The notes below the pieces were generated by a model. That model saw only the letters and a list, made by a program, of their open reading frames with translations. It was not told the DNA's origin and ran no database searches. 64,000 nucleotides of DNA, taken from Clostridia bacterium (GTDB taxonomy: Bacteria; Bacillota; Clostridia; Monoglobales; Monoglobaceae). The position numbers and the translations under genes were made by a program. How positions within the stretch are numbered: position 1 is the stretch's first letter; each line of letters opens with the position of its first letter. Where the stretch lies: the NCBI GenBank assembly GCA_045537065.1, contig JAZSOT010000015.1, positions 306 through 64,305 of the forward strand. Direction: 5' to 3'. Shown piece after piece: positions 39,312 to 49,795 of the stretch.

Positions 39312-40667
39312 ATGATTATAACAAACGAATACTTAAAGAGAGTTATAGCTGATGTAGAAAAAAGAAATGCCGGCGAAACCGAATTTCTACAGGCTGTAAC
39401 AGAGGTTTTATCTTCATTGGAACCAGTTATTGAAAAAAATCCGGAATTTGAAGAAAATGCTCTTATCGAAAGACTTGTTGAGCCTGAAAGAGTTGTTTAT
39501 TTTAGAGTTCCTTGGACTGATGATAATGGTAAGGTTAATGTTAATCGTGGTTTCAGAGTTCAGTTTAATAGTGCAATCGGTCCTTATAAGGGCGGTTTGA
39601 GATTCCATCCGTCGGTTTGCCAGAGCATTATTAAGTTCTTAGGCTTTGAACAGACATTTAAAAACAGTTTAACAGGTCTTCCTATTGGCGGAGGTAAGGG
39701 TGGTTCTGACTTCGATCCAAGAGGTAAGAGTGATAAAGAAATTATGAGATTCTGTCAGTCCTTTATGACAGAGTTATACAGACATATTGGTCCTGATGTG
39801 GACGTTCCTGCCGGTGATATTGGTGTTGGCGGTAGAGAAATTGGTTATCTTTATGGTCAGTATAAGAGAATTAAAGGTTGTTGGGAAAATGGTGTTCTTA
39901 CAGGTAAAGGCATTGAATACGGCGGTTCTCTTATAAGACCTGAAGCAACAGGTTTCGGTGCTACTTATTATGCAAATGAGGTTTTAAAGCACTTTAATGA
40001 TACATTTGAAGGCAAAACTGTTGCTATTTCAGGTTTTGGTAATGTTGCATGGGGTGTTGTACAGAAGGTTGCAGAGCTTGGAGGTAAGGTTGTTACTATA
40101 TCAGGTCCTGACGGCTATGTATATGATCCTGATGGTGTTACAACAAAGGAAAAGATTGATTATCTTCTTGAAATGAGAGCTTCAGGCAGAGACCGTGCTG
40201 AAGACTATGCAGAAAAATTTGGTTGCAAATTTGTTCCCAAAACAAAACCTTGGGAAGTTAAGGTTGATATTTGTATGCCCTGTGCTACTCAGAATGAAAT
40301 TGATGTAGCAGAAGCAGAAAAGATTATTAACAACGGTGTTAAATACTACATTGAAGTTGCAAATATGCCAACAACCAACGAAGCAATGACTCTTCTTAAG
40401 GATAAGGGCGTTGTTATTGGTCCTGCAAAAGCGGTTAACGCTGGAGGTGTTGCTGTTTCTGCTCTTGAAATGGCACAGAACTCAATGAGATACAGCTGGT
40501 CAGCTGAAGAAGTTGATGCAAAACTTAAGAATATTATGATAGATATTCATGATTCATCTGTTGCGGCTGCAGAGCAGTATGGACTTGGTTATGACCTTGT
40601 TGCGGGTGCAAATATTGCAGGCTTTATGAAGGTTGCAAAGGCTATGATGGCTCAGGGTATTGTATAA
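39312..40667 (+). CDS. gdhA: NAD(P)-specific glutamate dehydrogenase
   Basis: 451 aa. Motifs GPYKGGLRFHP, catalytic-Lys region GGGKGGSDFDP, and GFGNVAWG. Confidence 0.95.
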   Translation: MIITNEYLKRVIADVEKRNAGETEFLQAVTEVLSSLEPVIEKNPEFEENALIERLVEPERVVYFRVPWTDDNGKVNVNRGFRVQFNSAIGPYKGGLRFHPSVCQSIIKFLGFEQTFKNSLTGLPIGGGKGGSDFDPRGKSDKEIMRFCQSFMTELYRHIGPDVDVPAGDIGVGGREIGYLYGQYKRIKGCWENGVLTGKGIEYGGSLIRPEATGFGATYYANEVLKHFNDTFEGKTVAISGFGNVAWGVVQKVAELGGKVVTISGPDGYVYDPDGVTTKEKIDYLLEMRASGRDRAEDYAEKFGCKFVPKTKPWEVKVDICMPCATQNEIDVAEAEKIINNGVKYYIEVANMPTTNEAMTLLKDKGVVIGPAKAVNAGGVAVSALEMAQNSMRYSWSAEEVDAKLKNIMIDIHDSSVAAAEQYGLGYDLVAGANIAGFMKVAKAMMAQGIV

Positions 40668-40700
40668 TTAAAATACAAATTATGTTTTATTAAAAATTCT

Positions 40701-40732
40701 ATAGCCAAAGGTGATATTTCATCTTTGGCTAT
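40701..40732 (+). terminator. stem-loop downstream of gdhA (possible terminator, no U-run)
   Basis: 10-bp stem ATAGCCAAAG / CTTTGGCTAT with a 12-nt loop. Confidence 0.35.
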
Positions 40733-40763
40733 GGTGATTTAATTATGAAGGAGGCTCTGCAGA

Positions 40764-41135
40764 ATGGAAAGAAAGAAGATTCGTGTAAGAATAGGCGGAG
40801 TAGAATATACTTTATTAAGCACTGAACAACCAGATTATGTGTATAAGATTGCTTATCTTGTTGATAAAAAAATGACAGAAATTATGAATGAAAATTCAAA
40901 TTTAAATTCTGCTATGGCTTCATTACTTACAGCTATTAATATAGCTGATGAATACTACAAAGATAAAGGTAACAGTGATAAACTGAGAGAGCAGGTTGCA
41001 GAATATAATAGACTTGCTGATGAATATAAGAATAAGTATATTATTGCTGAGGCTGAACTTAAAGAAGCTCAGGAAAAAATTAGTATGCTTGAAAAAGCGC
41101 TGAAAAAAATTGACGACAATGACGATTATATGTAA
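40764..41135 (+). CDS. zapA: cell division protein ZapA
   Basis: 123 aa. N-terminus KIRVRIGGVEYTLLS is typical of ZapA. C-terminal coiled coil. Confidence 0.8.
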   Translation: MERKKIRVRIGGVEYTLLSTEQPDYVYKIAYLVDKKMTEIMNENSNLNSAMASLLTAINIADEYYKDKGNSDKLREQVAEYNRLADEYKNKYIIAEAELKEAQEKISMLEKALKKIDDNDDYM

Positions 41136-41163
41136 TTAATACATTTAGAAAGGGATATGTGTT

Positions 41164-43248
41164 TTGAACAAGATTGAACTCCTTGCTCCTGCAGGTAATT
41201 TTAACTGTCTTGCGGCTGCTGTTCAAAGCGGAGCAGACGCAGTTTATTTTGCGGGTAAAAAATTTGGCGCAAGAAGCTTTGCTGATAACTTCGATTTGGA
41301 AGAAATTAAGAGAGCTATTGATTATTGCCATTTAAGAGGGGTTAAAACTCATATTACCGTTAATACAGCTTACAATGATAATGAAATTGATGATGTTATT
41401 GATTTTATAAAATTTGTTTATTCTGAGGGTGCAGATGCTCTAATTGTTTCTGATGTCGGTCTTGCATCTGTTGTCAGAAAAAATTTTCCGGGTATTGAAT
41501 TGCACGCAAGCACACAGATGACAATTCATAATCTCGATGGTGTAAAGTTCGCTGAAAAATTAGGGTTTAATAGGGTTGTTCTTTCCAGAGAATTATCTTT
41601 TGAAGATATTTCGTATATAACAAAAAACAGTGCTGCAGAAATTGAAGTTTTTGCTCACGGTGCACTTTGTATGAGTTATTCAGGTCAGTGTCTCTTAAGC
41701 AGTATGATTGGTGGAAGAAGTGGAAATAGGGGGAGTTGTGCACAGCCTTGCAGGTTGCCGTTTTCTGCGGATGGAAAAGAAAAAAGATTTTTGCTTAGTC
41801 TTAAAGACCTTTCTTTGGCAGAGCATATTGATGCTTTAAAAGGTGCAGGAGTTTCTTCTCTTAAAATTGAAGGGAGAATGAAAGGCACGGCTTATGTTTC
41901 TGCTGTTGTTGGAATATATAGAAAATATATTGATAACGGACTTAAGATAAATAATGAAGATAAAGAAATTCTAAATGGAATTTTCTTTAGAGGCGGATTA
42001 ACAGACGGATATTTTCTTGGAATAAAAAATAAGAAAATGTTTGATTTTAATAAGCCGGATAATCCATACCTTAAACAATCTAAGGAATTTAATAAAATAT
42101 ATGGTAAAGACTATATAAACGAAGAAAATAAAAAAATTGATATAAATTTGAAATTTGAAGGAACTCTAGGCGAAAAACCTTTTGCAAAGGTATATAAAGA
42201 CGGAGTTTCTTATGAATATAAACATAATAATACTCTAGAAAAAGCCATTAACAATATTGCTACAAAAGAAATGATTTCGACCCAGCTTTCAAAAACAGGG
42301 GGAACGCCTTTTCAGGTGCAGGGAATTGACGTATCTGTTTCGGATAATGTTTTTCTCAGCAAAGGGGAAATTAATGAAATTAGGCGTAATATTCTTGATG
42401 GTTTTGAAAAAAACTATATTCAAAGTTTTAAAAGAAATACAAAGGATATATGTGTTTATCCTGAAATTGATAAAAAAGATTTTAAAACAGGCTTTTCAGC
42501 ATATATTTCCTTAAAAGAACAATTGGATGCTATATGTGGATATGATTTTGAAAGAATTTATGTTCCATTTGACATTGCGGTGAATAATCCTGATATATGC
42601 GAGAAAATAAAAAAAGATAAGCTCGTTGTTACACTTCCCGAAATTTCAACAGATAAAGAAAAAATATATATTGAAGAGGGAATAAAACAGCTTGATTATG
42701 TGGGCGTTAAAAGAGTGCTTATAAATAATTACGGTCAAATTAACTATGGAGATAAGTTTGATATAATATTGAGTCATAGATTTAATATATGGAACTCTAA
42801 ATCAATTAATTTGCTTAATGAATTTAAACCTATATCTGTTTTTTTATCACCCGAGCTAAATTTAAAGACAATTAATAAATTAAAAAAATTCTGTCAATGT
42901 GAAATAATAGCATATGGAAAAATTCCCGTAATGATTACGGAAAATTGCATTATTAAAAATATGGATAAATGTCCTTGTGATAAAGATAAATTTTATTATA
43001 TTACAGACAGAATGAATGTTAAATTTCCTGTTAAGAGTACAGGGAAATACTGCAGAAGTATTATGTATAATTCCGCACCTCTTTATTTAGCGGATAAAAT
43101 TACAGATAAATGTTTTGATGGCGTTGTTAAATGTCTGTATTTCACAACAGAAGATAAAGAAATGTGTAAAAAAATTTGTTCTGACTATTTTTCCGGATGT
43201 TCTGATAATATTCCGGAAATATATACCAGAGGTCATTTATATAAATAA
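41164..43248 (+). CDS. U32-family peptidase-like protein (long form, RlhA-like)
   Basis: 694 aa. N-terminus ELLAPAGN...AVQSGADAVYFAGKKFGAR and the Cys-rich segment CMSYSGQCLLS...CAQPC are typical of U32. TTG start. Confidence 0.85.
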   Translation: MNKIELLAPAGNFNCLAAAVQSGADAVYFAGKKFGARSFADNFDLEEIKRAIDYCHLRGVKTHITVNTAYNDNEIDDVIDFIKFVYSEGADALIVSDVGLASVVRKNFPGIELHASTQMTIHNLDGVKFAEKLGFNRVVLSRELSFEDISYITKNSAAEIEVFAHGALCMSYSGQCLLSSMIGGRSGNRGSCAQPCRLPFSADGKEKRFLLSLKDLSLAEHIDALKGAGVSSLKIEGRMKGTAYVSAVVGIYRKYIDNGLKINNEDKEILNGIFFRGGLTDGYFLGIKNKKMFDFNKPDNPYLKQSKEFNKIYGKDYINEENKKIDINLKFEGTLGEKPFAKVYKDGVSYEYKHNNTLEKAINNIATKEMISTQLSKTGGTPFQVQGIDVSVSDNVFLSKGEINEIRRNILDGFEKNYIQSFKRNTKDICVYPEIDKKDFKTGFSAYISLKEQLDAICGYDFERIYVPFDIAVNNPDICEKIKKDKLVVTLPEISTDKEKIYIEEGIKQLDYVGVKRVLINNYGQINYGDKFDIILSHRFNIWNSKSINLLNEFKPISVFLSPELNLKTINKLKKFCQCEIIAYGKIPVMITENCIIKNMDKCPCDKDKFYYITDRMNVKFPVKSTGKYCRSIMYNSAPLYLADKITDKCFDGVVKCLYFTTEDKEMCKKICSDYFSGCSDNIPEIYTRGHLYK

Positions 43249-43273
43249 TTTGAATTGAAAGGCTGTGTGTTTT

Positions 43274-43711
43274 ATGGTAAATGTTAAACTTAAATATTTG
43301 TCTGATAAGGTTAGCAGACCTGAATATGCCACCAGAGGCAGTATAGGTTTTGATTTGTCTGCCGCAATTGATTCTTCATACACATTAAAGGCCGGAGAAA
43401 AAGTTATTATTCCTGCCGGAGTTGCTGTTTCAATTCCAAAGGGTTACGGTGGTTTCTTATTTTCAAGAGTTGGACTTGCCACTAAAAAAGGTATTGTTCT
43501 GACAAATGGTGCCGGAATTATTGATTCTGATTACACAGGGGAAATCAAGGTTCCGCTTATGAATATCTCGAATGTTGACTATGTTATTAAGACTGGTGAC
43601 AGAATAGCTCAGCTTGTTGTTATGCCGGTTGAAAATGCTGAATTTATAGTTGTTGATGAACTTCCTGAAACATCAAGAGGTAATCATAGCTTTGGTTCTA
43701 CAGGAAAATGA
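43274..43711 (+). CDS. dut: dUTP diphosphatase
   Basis: 145 aa from ATG 43274. Motifs GFDL, GIIDSDYTGEI, RIAQLV, GFGSTG. Confidence 0.9.
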   Translation: MVNVKLKYLSDKVSRPEYATRGSIGFDLSAAIDSSYTLKAGEKVIIPAGVAVSIPKGYGGFLFSRVGLATKKGIVLTNGAGIIDSDYTGEIKVPLMNISNVDYVIKTGDRIAQLVVMPVENAEFIVVDELPETSRGNHSFGSTGK

Positions 43712-44088
43712 AATTAACAAAAACAGACTGGGTAATTATCTTCTTTTTTTTGATTCTATCTTTCTTAATATTTCTGTTTTTTAAATTTTCTTTTGTTGGA
43801 AATTCAGACAGAATATTAATGATACAGACAGACTCTAAGCTTTATGCCACTTATAACTTAGATTTATTAAAAGAAAATATTGAACTTGATATTGATAATC
43901 CAGAAGGAGATTTCAAGATACTTGTTTCAAAGGATAAGGTGTGCGTATTAAAAAGTGGATGCGAGGATAATATTTGCAAAAGAAATATTATTAAAAACTC
44001 GGGAGAAAGCATTGTGTGTGTTCCTTTTAAAATACTGTTAACAATTGTTTCCAATAAAAAAAATCATGTAGATTCGGTGGCTTATTAA
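43708..44088 (+). CDS. NusG-domain-II-like small membrane protein
   Basis: 126 aa. N-terminal TM helix. Beta-rich domain with a C..C...C..C pattern (CVLKSGCEDNICKR...CVP). ATGA overlap with dut. Confidence 0.55.
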   Translation: MKLTKTDWVIIFFFLILSFLIFLFFKFSFVGNSDRILMIQTDSKLYATYNLDLLKENIELDIDNPEGDFKILVSKDKVCVLKSGCEDNICKRNIIKNSGESIVCVPFKILLTIVSNKKNHVDSVAY

Positions 44089-44594
44089 TGAAAAATTTAA
44101 AATATAAAACAAAAGACTATGTTATAATGGCGCTTATGGTTAGTCTTGGTATAGTTTTGCAGATTGTTGATAATATGCTGAATTTTATAGCTATTCCCGG
44201 CGGGAGGCTGGGACTTTCAAATATAGTTACTCTTATGAATATTTTTGTATTTGGCGGTTTAAATGCTTTTTTTATATCCTTGTTAAGAGCAATGCTTGGT
44301 TCTCTTCTTTATGGTGGTGTTTCGTCGCTATTATATTCGTTTTTTGGAGCTTTATTCAGCGTTTTAGCAATGTGGATTGTAAAGAGTTTTTTCTATCCAA
44401 AAGTAAGTGAAATTGGAATAAGTGTTATTGGTGCATTTTTTCATAATTTTGCTCAAGTTCTTGTTGCAATAGCGACTTTTGAAAATGCTTCTTTGTTTTC
44501 ATATCTTGCACCGCTGACTGTGGTATCGGTTTTTGCAGGGACATTTACGGGATTTCAGGTTAAACTACTTAATAATAAATTTAAATTGATGTGA
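44088..44594 (+). CDS. Gx-transporter / heptaprenyl diphosphate synthase component I family membrane protein
   Basis: 168 aa with 4-5 TM helices. 1-nt overlap (TAATG) with the upstream NusG-II-like gene, which is its usual partner. Confidence 0.6.
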   Translation: MKNLKYKTKDYVIMALMVSLGIVLQIVDNMLNFIAIPGGRLGLSNIVTLMNIFVFGGLNAFFISLLRAMLGSLLYGGVSSLLYSFFGALFSVLAMWIVKSFFYPKVSEIGISVIGAFFHNFAQVLVAIATFENASLFSYLAPLTVVSVFAGTFTGFQVKLLNNKFKLM

Positions 44595-44606
44595 CAGGTG
44601 AAACGT

Positions 44607-45179
44607 ATGGATAAAATTGTTTTGGCATCTAAATCACCCAGAAGGAAAGAACTTTTAAATATAATATTTGATGATTTTATTATTTTTCCTGATTCGTTGC
44701 CTGAAAAGGCCGATATAAACCTTTCCCCCGAAAAATATGTTATGAAGCTTGCCGAAGATAAAGCTTTGAACGTATCAAAACATTTTGAGGATGATTATCT
44801 AATAATCGGGGCAGATACCGTTGTTGTTAAGGATGGAGTTATTTTTGGTAAGCCAAAGTCGAAAGAAGAGGCTTTCAGGATGCTTAAAACACTTGATAAT
44901 TCTACTCATTGTGTTTACACAGGTGTTGCGGTTTATAAAAAGAAAGATAACAGACTTGAAGTGTTTTATGAAAAAACAGATGTGTATTTTCTTAAGACGG
45001 ATGATAATGATTATTTAAAATATATAGAAGAATGTAATCCTATGGACAAAGCAGGTTCGTATGGTATACAGGAAAAAGGAGCTTTATTTGTTAGAAAAAT
45101 AGATGGTGACATAAATAATGTTATCGGGCTTCCGGTTTCAATGCTTAGTAAAGTTCTTAAAGAAAAATTTGATTTATAA
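44607..45179 (+). CDS. maf: Maf-family nucleoside triphosphate pyrophosphatase
   Basis: MDKIVLASKSPRRKELL, GADTVV, GAYGIQ-like SYGIQE. Conserved upstream of mreB. Confidence 0.9.
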   Translation: MDKIVLASKSPRRKELLNIIFDDFIIFPDSLPEKADINLSPEKYVMKLAEDKALNVSKHFEDDYLIIGADTVVVKDGVIFGKPKSKEEAFRMLKTLDNSTHCVYTGVAVYKKKDNRLEVFYEKTDVYFLKTDDNDYLKYIEECNPMDKAGSYGIQEKGALFVRKIDGDINNVIGLPVSMLSKVLKEKFDL

Positions 45180-45222
45180 TTAAAACATAAATATATAAAT
45201 ATAGAAAGTGTGGGAATTGAAT

Positions 45223-46224
45223 ATGTCTATTGATATTGGAATTGACCTAGGTACTTCTAATACCCTGGTGTATTTGAAAGGGAAAAATATTGTAATTGAT
45301 GAACCATCTGTTGTTGCTGTTAGCGAAAAAACAGGGAAAGTCCATGCAGTAGGTAAAGAAGCAAGAGAAATGCTTGGAAGAACACCTGATAATATTATGG
45401 CTGTAACACCGATTAAAGAAGGTGTTATTGCTAATTTTGATGCAACAGTTGCAATGATGAGACACTTTATTAAAATGTGTACAAAGGGTTCAATTTTTAA
45501 ACCGAGAGCGGTTGTTTGTATTCCCTCTAAAATAACAGAAGTTGAAAAAAGAGCTATAAGGGAAGCAACCTTATCAGCAGGTGCAAAAGAAGTTTATCTT
45601 ATTGAAGAGGCTATGGCGGCTGCTATTGGAGCTGGTATATCTGTAAATCAGCCAAGGGGGTCAATGATTGTTGATATCGGTGGCGGAACAACAGAGATTG
45701 CAATTATATCTTTGGGCGGTATTGTTACATCCACATCATTAAATATTGCAGGTAATGCCTTTGATGCTGAAATTGCACAGTATTTAAAGAAAACATATAA
45801 TTTATCAATCGGTCTTATAAGTGCTGAAGAAATTAAAAGAAGTGTTGCGTCTGCCTGCCCCCTAAAGGAAGAAATTGAGGCAGAGGTTAAGGGTCGTGAT
45901 ATGGTAACAGGTCTTCCAAAGGTTGTTAAAATTAATTCAAAAGAAATAAGACTTGCTCTTGCGGAATGTATGGAACAGATTATTGATGGAATCAAATCAG
46001 TTCTTGAAAGAACACCACCAGAACTTGCTGCAGATATTTTTGAATCAGGAGTTGTTTTAACTGGTGGTGGTGCCATACTGCGTGGTCTTGGAAAACTTAT
46101 AAATATTAATACGGGGATTCCTATTTATATTGCTGAAAATCCTACAGAGTGCGTTGTTGTGGGTGCAGGAAAAACTTTAGAAGATATAAAGATGCTTAAA
46201 TCACTTTATATTGAAGAAGAGTAA
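45223..46224 (+). CDS. mreB: rod shape-determining protein MreB
   Basis: MSIDIGIDLGTSNT..., DIGGGTTEIA, GGGA. Confidence 0.95.
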   Translation: MSIDIGIDLGTSNTLVYLKGKNIVIDEPSVVAVSEKTGKVHAVGKEAREMLGRTPDNIMAVTPIKEGVIANFDATVAMMRHFIKMCTKGSIFKPRAVVCIPSKITEVEKRAIREATLSAGAKEVYLIEEAMAAAIGAGISVNQPRGSMIVDIGGGTTEIAIISLGGIVTSTSLNIAGNAFDAEIAQYLKKTYNLSIGLISAEEIKRSVASACPLKEEIEAEVKGRDMVTGLPKVVKINSKEIRLALAECMEQIIDGIKSVLERTPPELAADIFESGVVLTGGGAILRGLGKLININTGIPIYIAENPTECVVVGAGKTLEDIKMLKSLYIEEE

Positions 46225-46253
46225 TTATCTATTATTCAAAGGGAGTTTAAAAT

Positions 46254-47081
46254 TTGAAAAATTTATTCAGAACAAAAGCAACTTTGATAATTATTGTTGT
46301 TATTGTTGTTCTTAGCGTGTTAATTGGTGTTATTAACGCTTCAAAAATCAAGGTTACATTTATAGAAAATTCAATAAATGCAATTATTACGCCGGTGCAA
46401 AAGCTTATAACAGGTGGGAAGAAAAATATAGATAACTTTTTTGGGTACTTTTCCGATATTGATGCTATCAGAGTTGAAAACGAGAAGTTGAAAAAAGAAA
46501 ATGCAAAGCTTGAGAGTCAGCTTAAAACCGCACAAAAAGCTGAAAAAGAAAATGAGACACTAAGAAATATGCTTGGACTCAAAAAAAATATGACTGAGTT
46601 AAATCTTGTTAGTGCTCAAATTATTTCGAGGGAGCCGGGCAATTGGTTCAGCACAGTTACTATTGATAAGGGTGCTGCAGATGGTGTACTTGTGGATCAT
46701 GCTGTTATTTCATCAAATAAGGCATTAGTTGGAAGAGTTTTTGAAGTTGGTTCTAATTGGTCCAAGGTTATAACTATAATGGACCCTGAATGTTCCGTTG
46801 GGGCTTTGATTGAACGTTCAGGTGAATACGGAGTAACTGAAGGGGATGCCAAACTTGAATCAGAAGGTAAGTGCAAGCTTTCTTATATTTCAAAGATTTC
46901 TGATGTGTTGGTTGGTGATTCTCTTGTAACTGCAGGTCTTGGAGGTATTTTCCCTAAAGGGATTTCTATAGGGAATATTCAAAGCGTGCAGACTGATGTT
47001 CAGGGAATATCTCAGTATGCAGTTGTTGTGCCAACTTGCGATTTCGATAAACTCGAATATGTTTTTATAGTTAAGGATTGA
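46254..47081 (+). CDS. mreC: rod shape-determining protein MreC
   Basis: 275 aa. TM anchor, coiled coil (ENEKLKKENAKLESQL), beta-rich C-terminus. TTG start with AGGGAG 8 nt upstream. Confidence 0.9.
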   Translation: MKNLFRTKATLIIIVVIVVLSVLIGVINASKIKVTFIENSINAIITPVQKLITGGKKNIDNFFGYFSDIDAIRVENEKLKKENAKLESQLKTAQKAEKENETLRNMLGLKKNMTELNLVSAQIISREPGNWFSTVTIDKGAADGVLVDHAVISSNKALVGRVFEVGSNWSKVITIMDPECSVGALIERSGEYGVTEGDAKLESEGKCKLSYISKISDVLVGDSLVTAGLGGIFPKGISIGNIQSVQTDVQGISQYAVVVPTCDFDKLEYVFIVKD

Positions 47082-47086
47082 CTTTT

Positions 47087-47596
47087 ATGCAATATTTGTT
47101 TTATTTGCTTTGTCTTTTTATTTGCGGGTGTTTTCAGGGGACCTTATTAAATAGTATAGCATTACTTGGTGTGACACCTAATTTATTTATAGTTTATATC
47201 TCGATTGTTTGTTTTATTGCTTATAAACTAGATGGAATTGTTATTTCAGCTATATTTGGATTTATTCTGGATCTTTTAACCGCAAGATATATAGGTATTT
47301 ATACGGTACTATTTTTAATTGCGGCATATTTTATTTCATTGCTGTCAGAGAAGGTTTTTAATGAGCCAAGATTTTATGTACAGGCTATTATAACTTTTGT
47401 TGTATCTGTTTTTATAAACAGTTTCTACTATCTGATTGTTTTTCTTATGAGTAACCGGTATAGCTTTGGTTATGCTTCATATGTTGTTTTATTAGAAGCA
47501 ATATATAATACAGCTATATCAATTCCAGTTTATTTTATTGTTAAACGCATTACTCGTGGCTTTTATAAGGATAAGGGAGAATATAATGAACGATAA
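47087..47596 (+). CDS. mreD: rod shape-determining protein MreD
   Basis: 169-aa polytopic membrane protein directly after mreC. AAGGA 9 nt upstream of ATG 47087. Confidence 0.8.
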   Translation: MQYLFYLLCLFICGCFQGTLLNSIALLGVTPNLFIVYISIVCFIAYKLDGIVISAIFGFILDLLTARYIGIYTVLFLIAAYFISLLSEKVFNEPRFYVQAIITFVVSVFINSFYYLIVFLMSNRYSFGYASYVVLLEAIYNTAISIPVYFIVKRITRGFYKDKGEYNER

Positions 47597-49628
47597 GAAA
47601 TTTAATAACAGATTGATTATTTTATATATTCTTATTTTTGTTTTTACACTATTTTGTATAGTAAGGTTATTTAACCTTCAAATTGTGAATGGGGACTCAT
47701 ACAGAGAAACTGCACTTACAAGAATGATTCGTTCATACCCTATTAAGGCACCGAGAGGTGAAATATTAGATACTTATGGCCGCCCTCTTGTTACTAACAG
47801 TATGGGCTATTTTATTCAAATACAGAGTATGGATAAACATAATTCAACTCTTAACGAAACAATCAATAAACTTATGAAATTGACTGAAAATTCAGAACTT
47901 TCATACATTAATGATTTTCCTATTAAAGAAAATTTCACGCTAAACTTTTCTGATAAGTATTCTGAAAAAGAAAATATCAATGCTTTTAAAAAATGGAAAG
48001 AACAAAATGATATTGACAGCAAGCTTTCTGCAAAAGATGTTGTTATGTTTTACGCGGATAAATATAAAATTTCTTCCAAATACCCTGAAGAAGAGCTTTC
48101 AAAAATTGTTGCTGTGAGATATACAATGGATTTGAGAGCGTTTACAATAACAAATCCATTTACATTTGCAACAGATGTTGATATGGTAACTGTTCAAATA
48201 GTAAAAGAACATTCATTTGAACTTCCTGGAGTTAGTGTTGAAATTGAACCTATAAGGCAATATGTAAACGGAAATATGGCGGCTCATATTTTAGGCAGAA
48301 TCGGAATTATATATGCAGAAGAATATGAGACTCTTAAAGAGCAAGGCTATGGAATGAATGATTTTATTGGAAAAGACGGTCTTGAGCGAGTACTGGAAAA
48401 ATATTTAAAGGGAAATGACGGGTATAAAAAAGTTGAACAGACCAAGAACGGAAATGTCTCACAGATACTTAGCGTTAAGGAGACAGAAACACCCAATTAT
48501 GCTGTTTTGACATTGGACAGTAAGCTCCAAAAGGTTACTGAAGAGGCGTTAAAGACTCAAATTGCAGAGACAGCAAAGAATAAGGGAGTTGACTGTGTCA
48601 GCGGAGCTGCTGTTGCTGTTGATATTTCAACAGGCGGAGTTCTTGCTATGGCATCGTATCCTGATTATAACCCTCAGGAATATACGAAGAATTATACCGA
48701 ACTTTCAAAAAACACGGCAAAACCTTTATTTAACCGTGCTTTAGACGGTGCATATACACCGGGGTCAACCTTTAAACCTTTAACATCAATTATGGCGCTT
48801 GAAGAGGGCGTTATTACACCTAACACGATTATAGAAGATTTAGGTATATACAAATATTATGCTCCATCTTATCAACCGACTTGTCTTATATGGAAGAGTT
48901 CAGGAACAACGCACGGGCCTATTAATGTATCTCAGGCCATTGGTAAATCGTGCAATTACTTTTTCTATGAAATAGGAAGACTTGGAAAAATAGAAAAAAT
49001 AAATGAATATGCTAAACGGTTTGGTCTTGGTGAGTTAACAGGAATTGAACTTTCTGAAGCATCAGGTATTGTTGCGGGGCCAAAATACAGAGAAAAACTT
49101 AATATGGAGTGGTATCCCGGTGATACACTTCAGGCGGCAATAGGACAATCTGATAATATGTTCACTCCTGCACAGCTTGCCAGTTATGTTGCTACAATAG
49201 TCAATAAAGGAAAAAGATATAAGCTTCATCTTATTAATGAGGTCAAGCAATATGAAACCGGCGAAACAATCTATAAGAGTGTTCCCGAGATTATATCCGA
49301 TTATCCTATTTCAGATTCTACTTTAAATGCAGTTAAAGATGGAATGAGAAGAGTAACAGAAGATGGAACAGCAAGCTCTGTTTTCGCTGATTTTCCCATA
49401 GAAGTTGCGGGTAAGACCGGAACTGCAGAGGTTACAGGTGGTAGTGATACAGTTTTGTTTGTAGGGTTTGCTCCATATGATAATCCTCAAATTGCAGTTG
49501 CTGTTGTACTTGAACACGGTGCAACAAGTAGTTATGCGGCCAAGGTTGCAAGAAGTATGTATGAGTGCTTCCTTGGAACATCATATGTTAATGATGAAGT
49601 TATGCCATATAATAGTCTTTTGAGATAA
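47586..49628 (+). CDS. mrdA: penicillin-binding protein 2 (elongasome transpeptidase)
   Basis: Start MNDKKFNNRL with AAGGGAGA upstream, overlapping the mreD end. TM anchor, then STFKP, SxN-region and KTGTA motifs. Confidence 0.9.
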   Translation: MNDKKFNNRLIILYILIFVFTLFCIVRLFNLQIVNGDSYRETALTRMIRSYPIKAPRGEILDTYGRPLVTNSMGYFIQIQSMDKHNSTLNETINKLMKLTENSELSYINDFPIKENFTLNFSDKYSEKENINAFKKWKEQNDIDSKLSAKDVVMFYADKYKISSKYPEEELSKIVAVRYTMDLRAFTITNPFTFATDVDMVTVQIVKEHSFELPGVSVEIEPIRQYVNGNMAAHILGRIGIIYAEEYETLKEQGYGMNDFIGKDGLERVLEKYLKGNDGYKKVEQTKNGNVSQILSVKETETPNYAVLTLDSKLQKVTEEALKTQIAETAKNKGVDCVSGAAVAVDISTGGVLAMASYPDYNPQEYTKNYTELSKNTAKPLFNRALDGAYTPGSTFKPLTSIMALEEGVITPNTIIEDLGIYKYYAPSYQPTCLIWKSSGTTHGPINVSQAIGKSCNYFFYEIGRLGKIEKINEYAKRFGLGELTGIELSEASGIVAGPKYREKLNMEWYPGDTLQAAIGQSDNMFTPAQLASYVATIVNKGKRYKLHLINEVKQYETGETIYKSVPEIISDYPISDSTLNAVKDGMRRVTEDGTASSVFADFPIEVAGKTGTAEVTGGSDTVLFVGFAPYDNPQIAVAVVLEHGATSSYAAKVARSMYECFLGTSYVNDEVMPYNSLLR

Positions 49629-49720
49629 CAGATTTAAAAGGGATATAAATCAAGTGACATATTATTTTTACTAATAAACTAAAAATGTTCTTACAAAGGC
49701 TATTAGTTATTAAAAATATT

Positions 49721-49749
49721 TTGACATTTGCGGTATTTTATGATAATAT
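49721..49749 (+). promoter_or_regulatory. sigma-A type promoter for minD
   Basis: TTGACA (49721-49726), 17-nt spacer, TGaTAATAT (-10 at 49744-49749). Confidence 0.45.
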
Positions 49750-49795
49750 GTAGTGGGATAAAGCTTTAAAGGATTTAATATTTGGAGGACTGTTA

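Noticed and set aside
39155-39352. 65-aa + strand ORF upstream of gdhA
   Set aside because: It lies in the AT-rich promoter region, spans the TTGCAT/TATAAT promoter and overlaps the gdhA start. Its composition is low-complexity.
45648-46076. Long antisense ORFs inside well-supported genes. Examples: 45648-46076 in mreB, 60303-60902 in gpsA, 53908-54423, 9017-9433, 13631-13864, 6395-6646.
   Set aside because: They lie opposite genes with unambiguous conserved motifs, have Ser/Pro/Ile-rich shadow composition and have no RBS. They are typical frame shadows.
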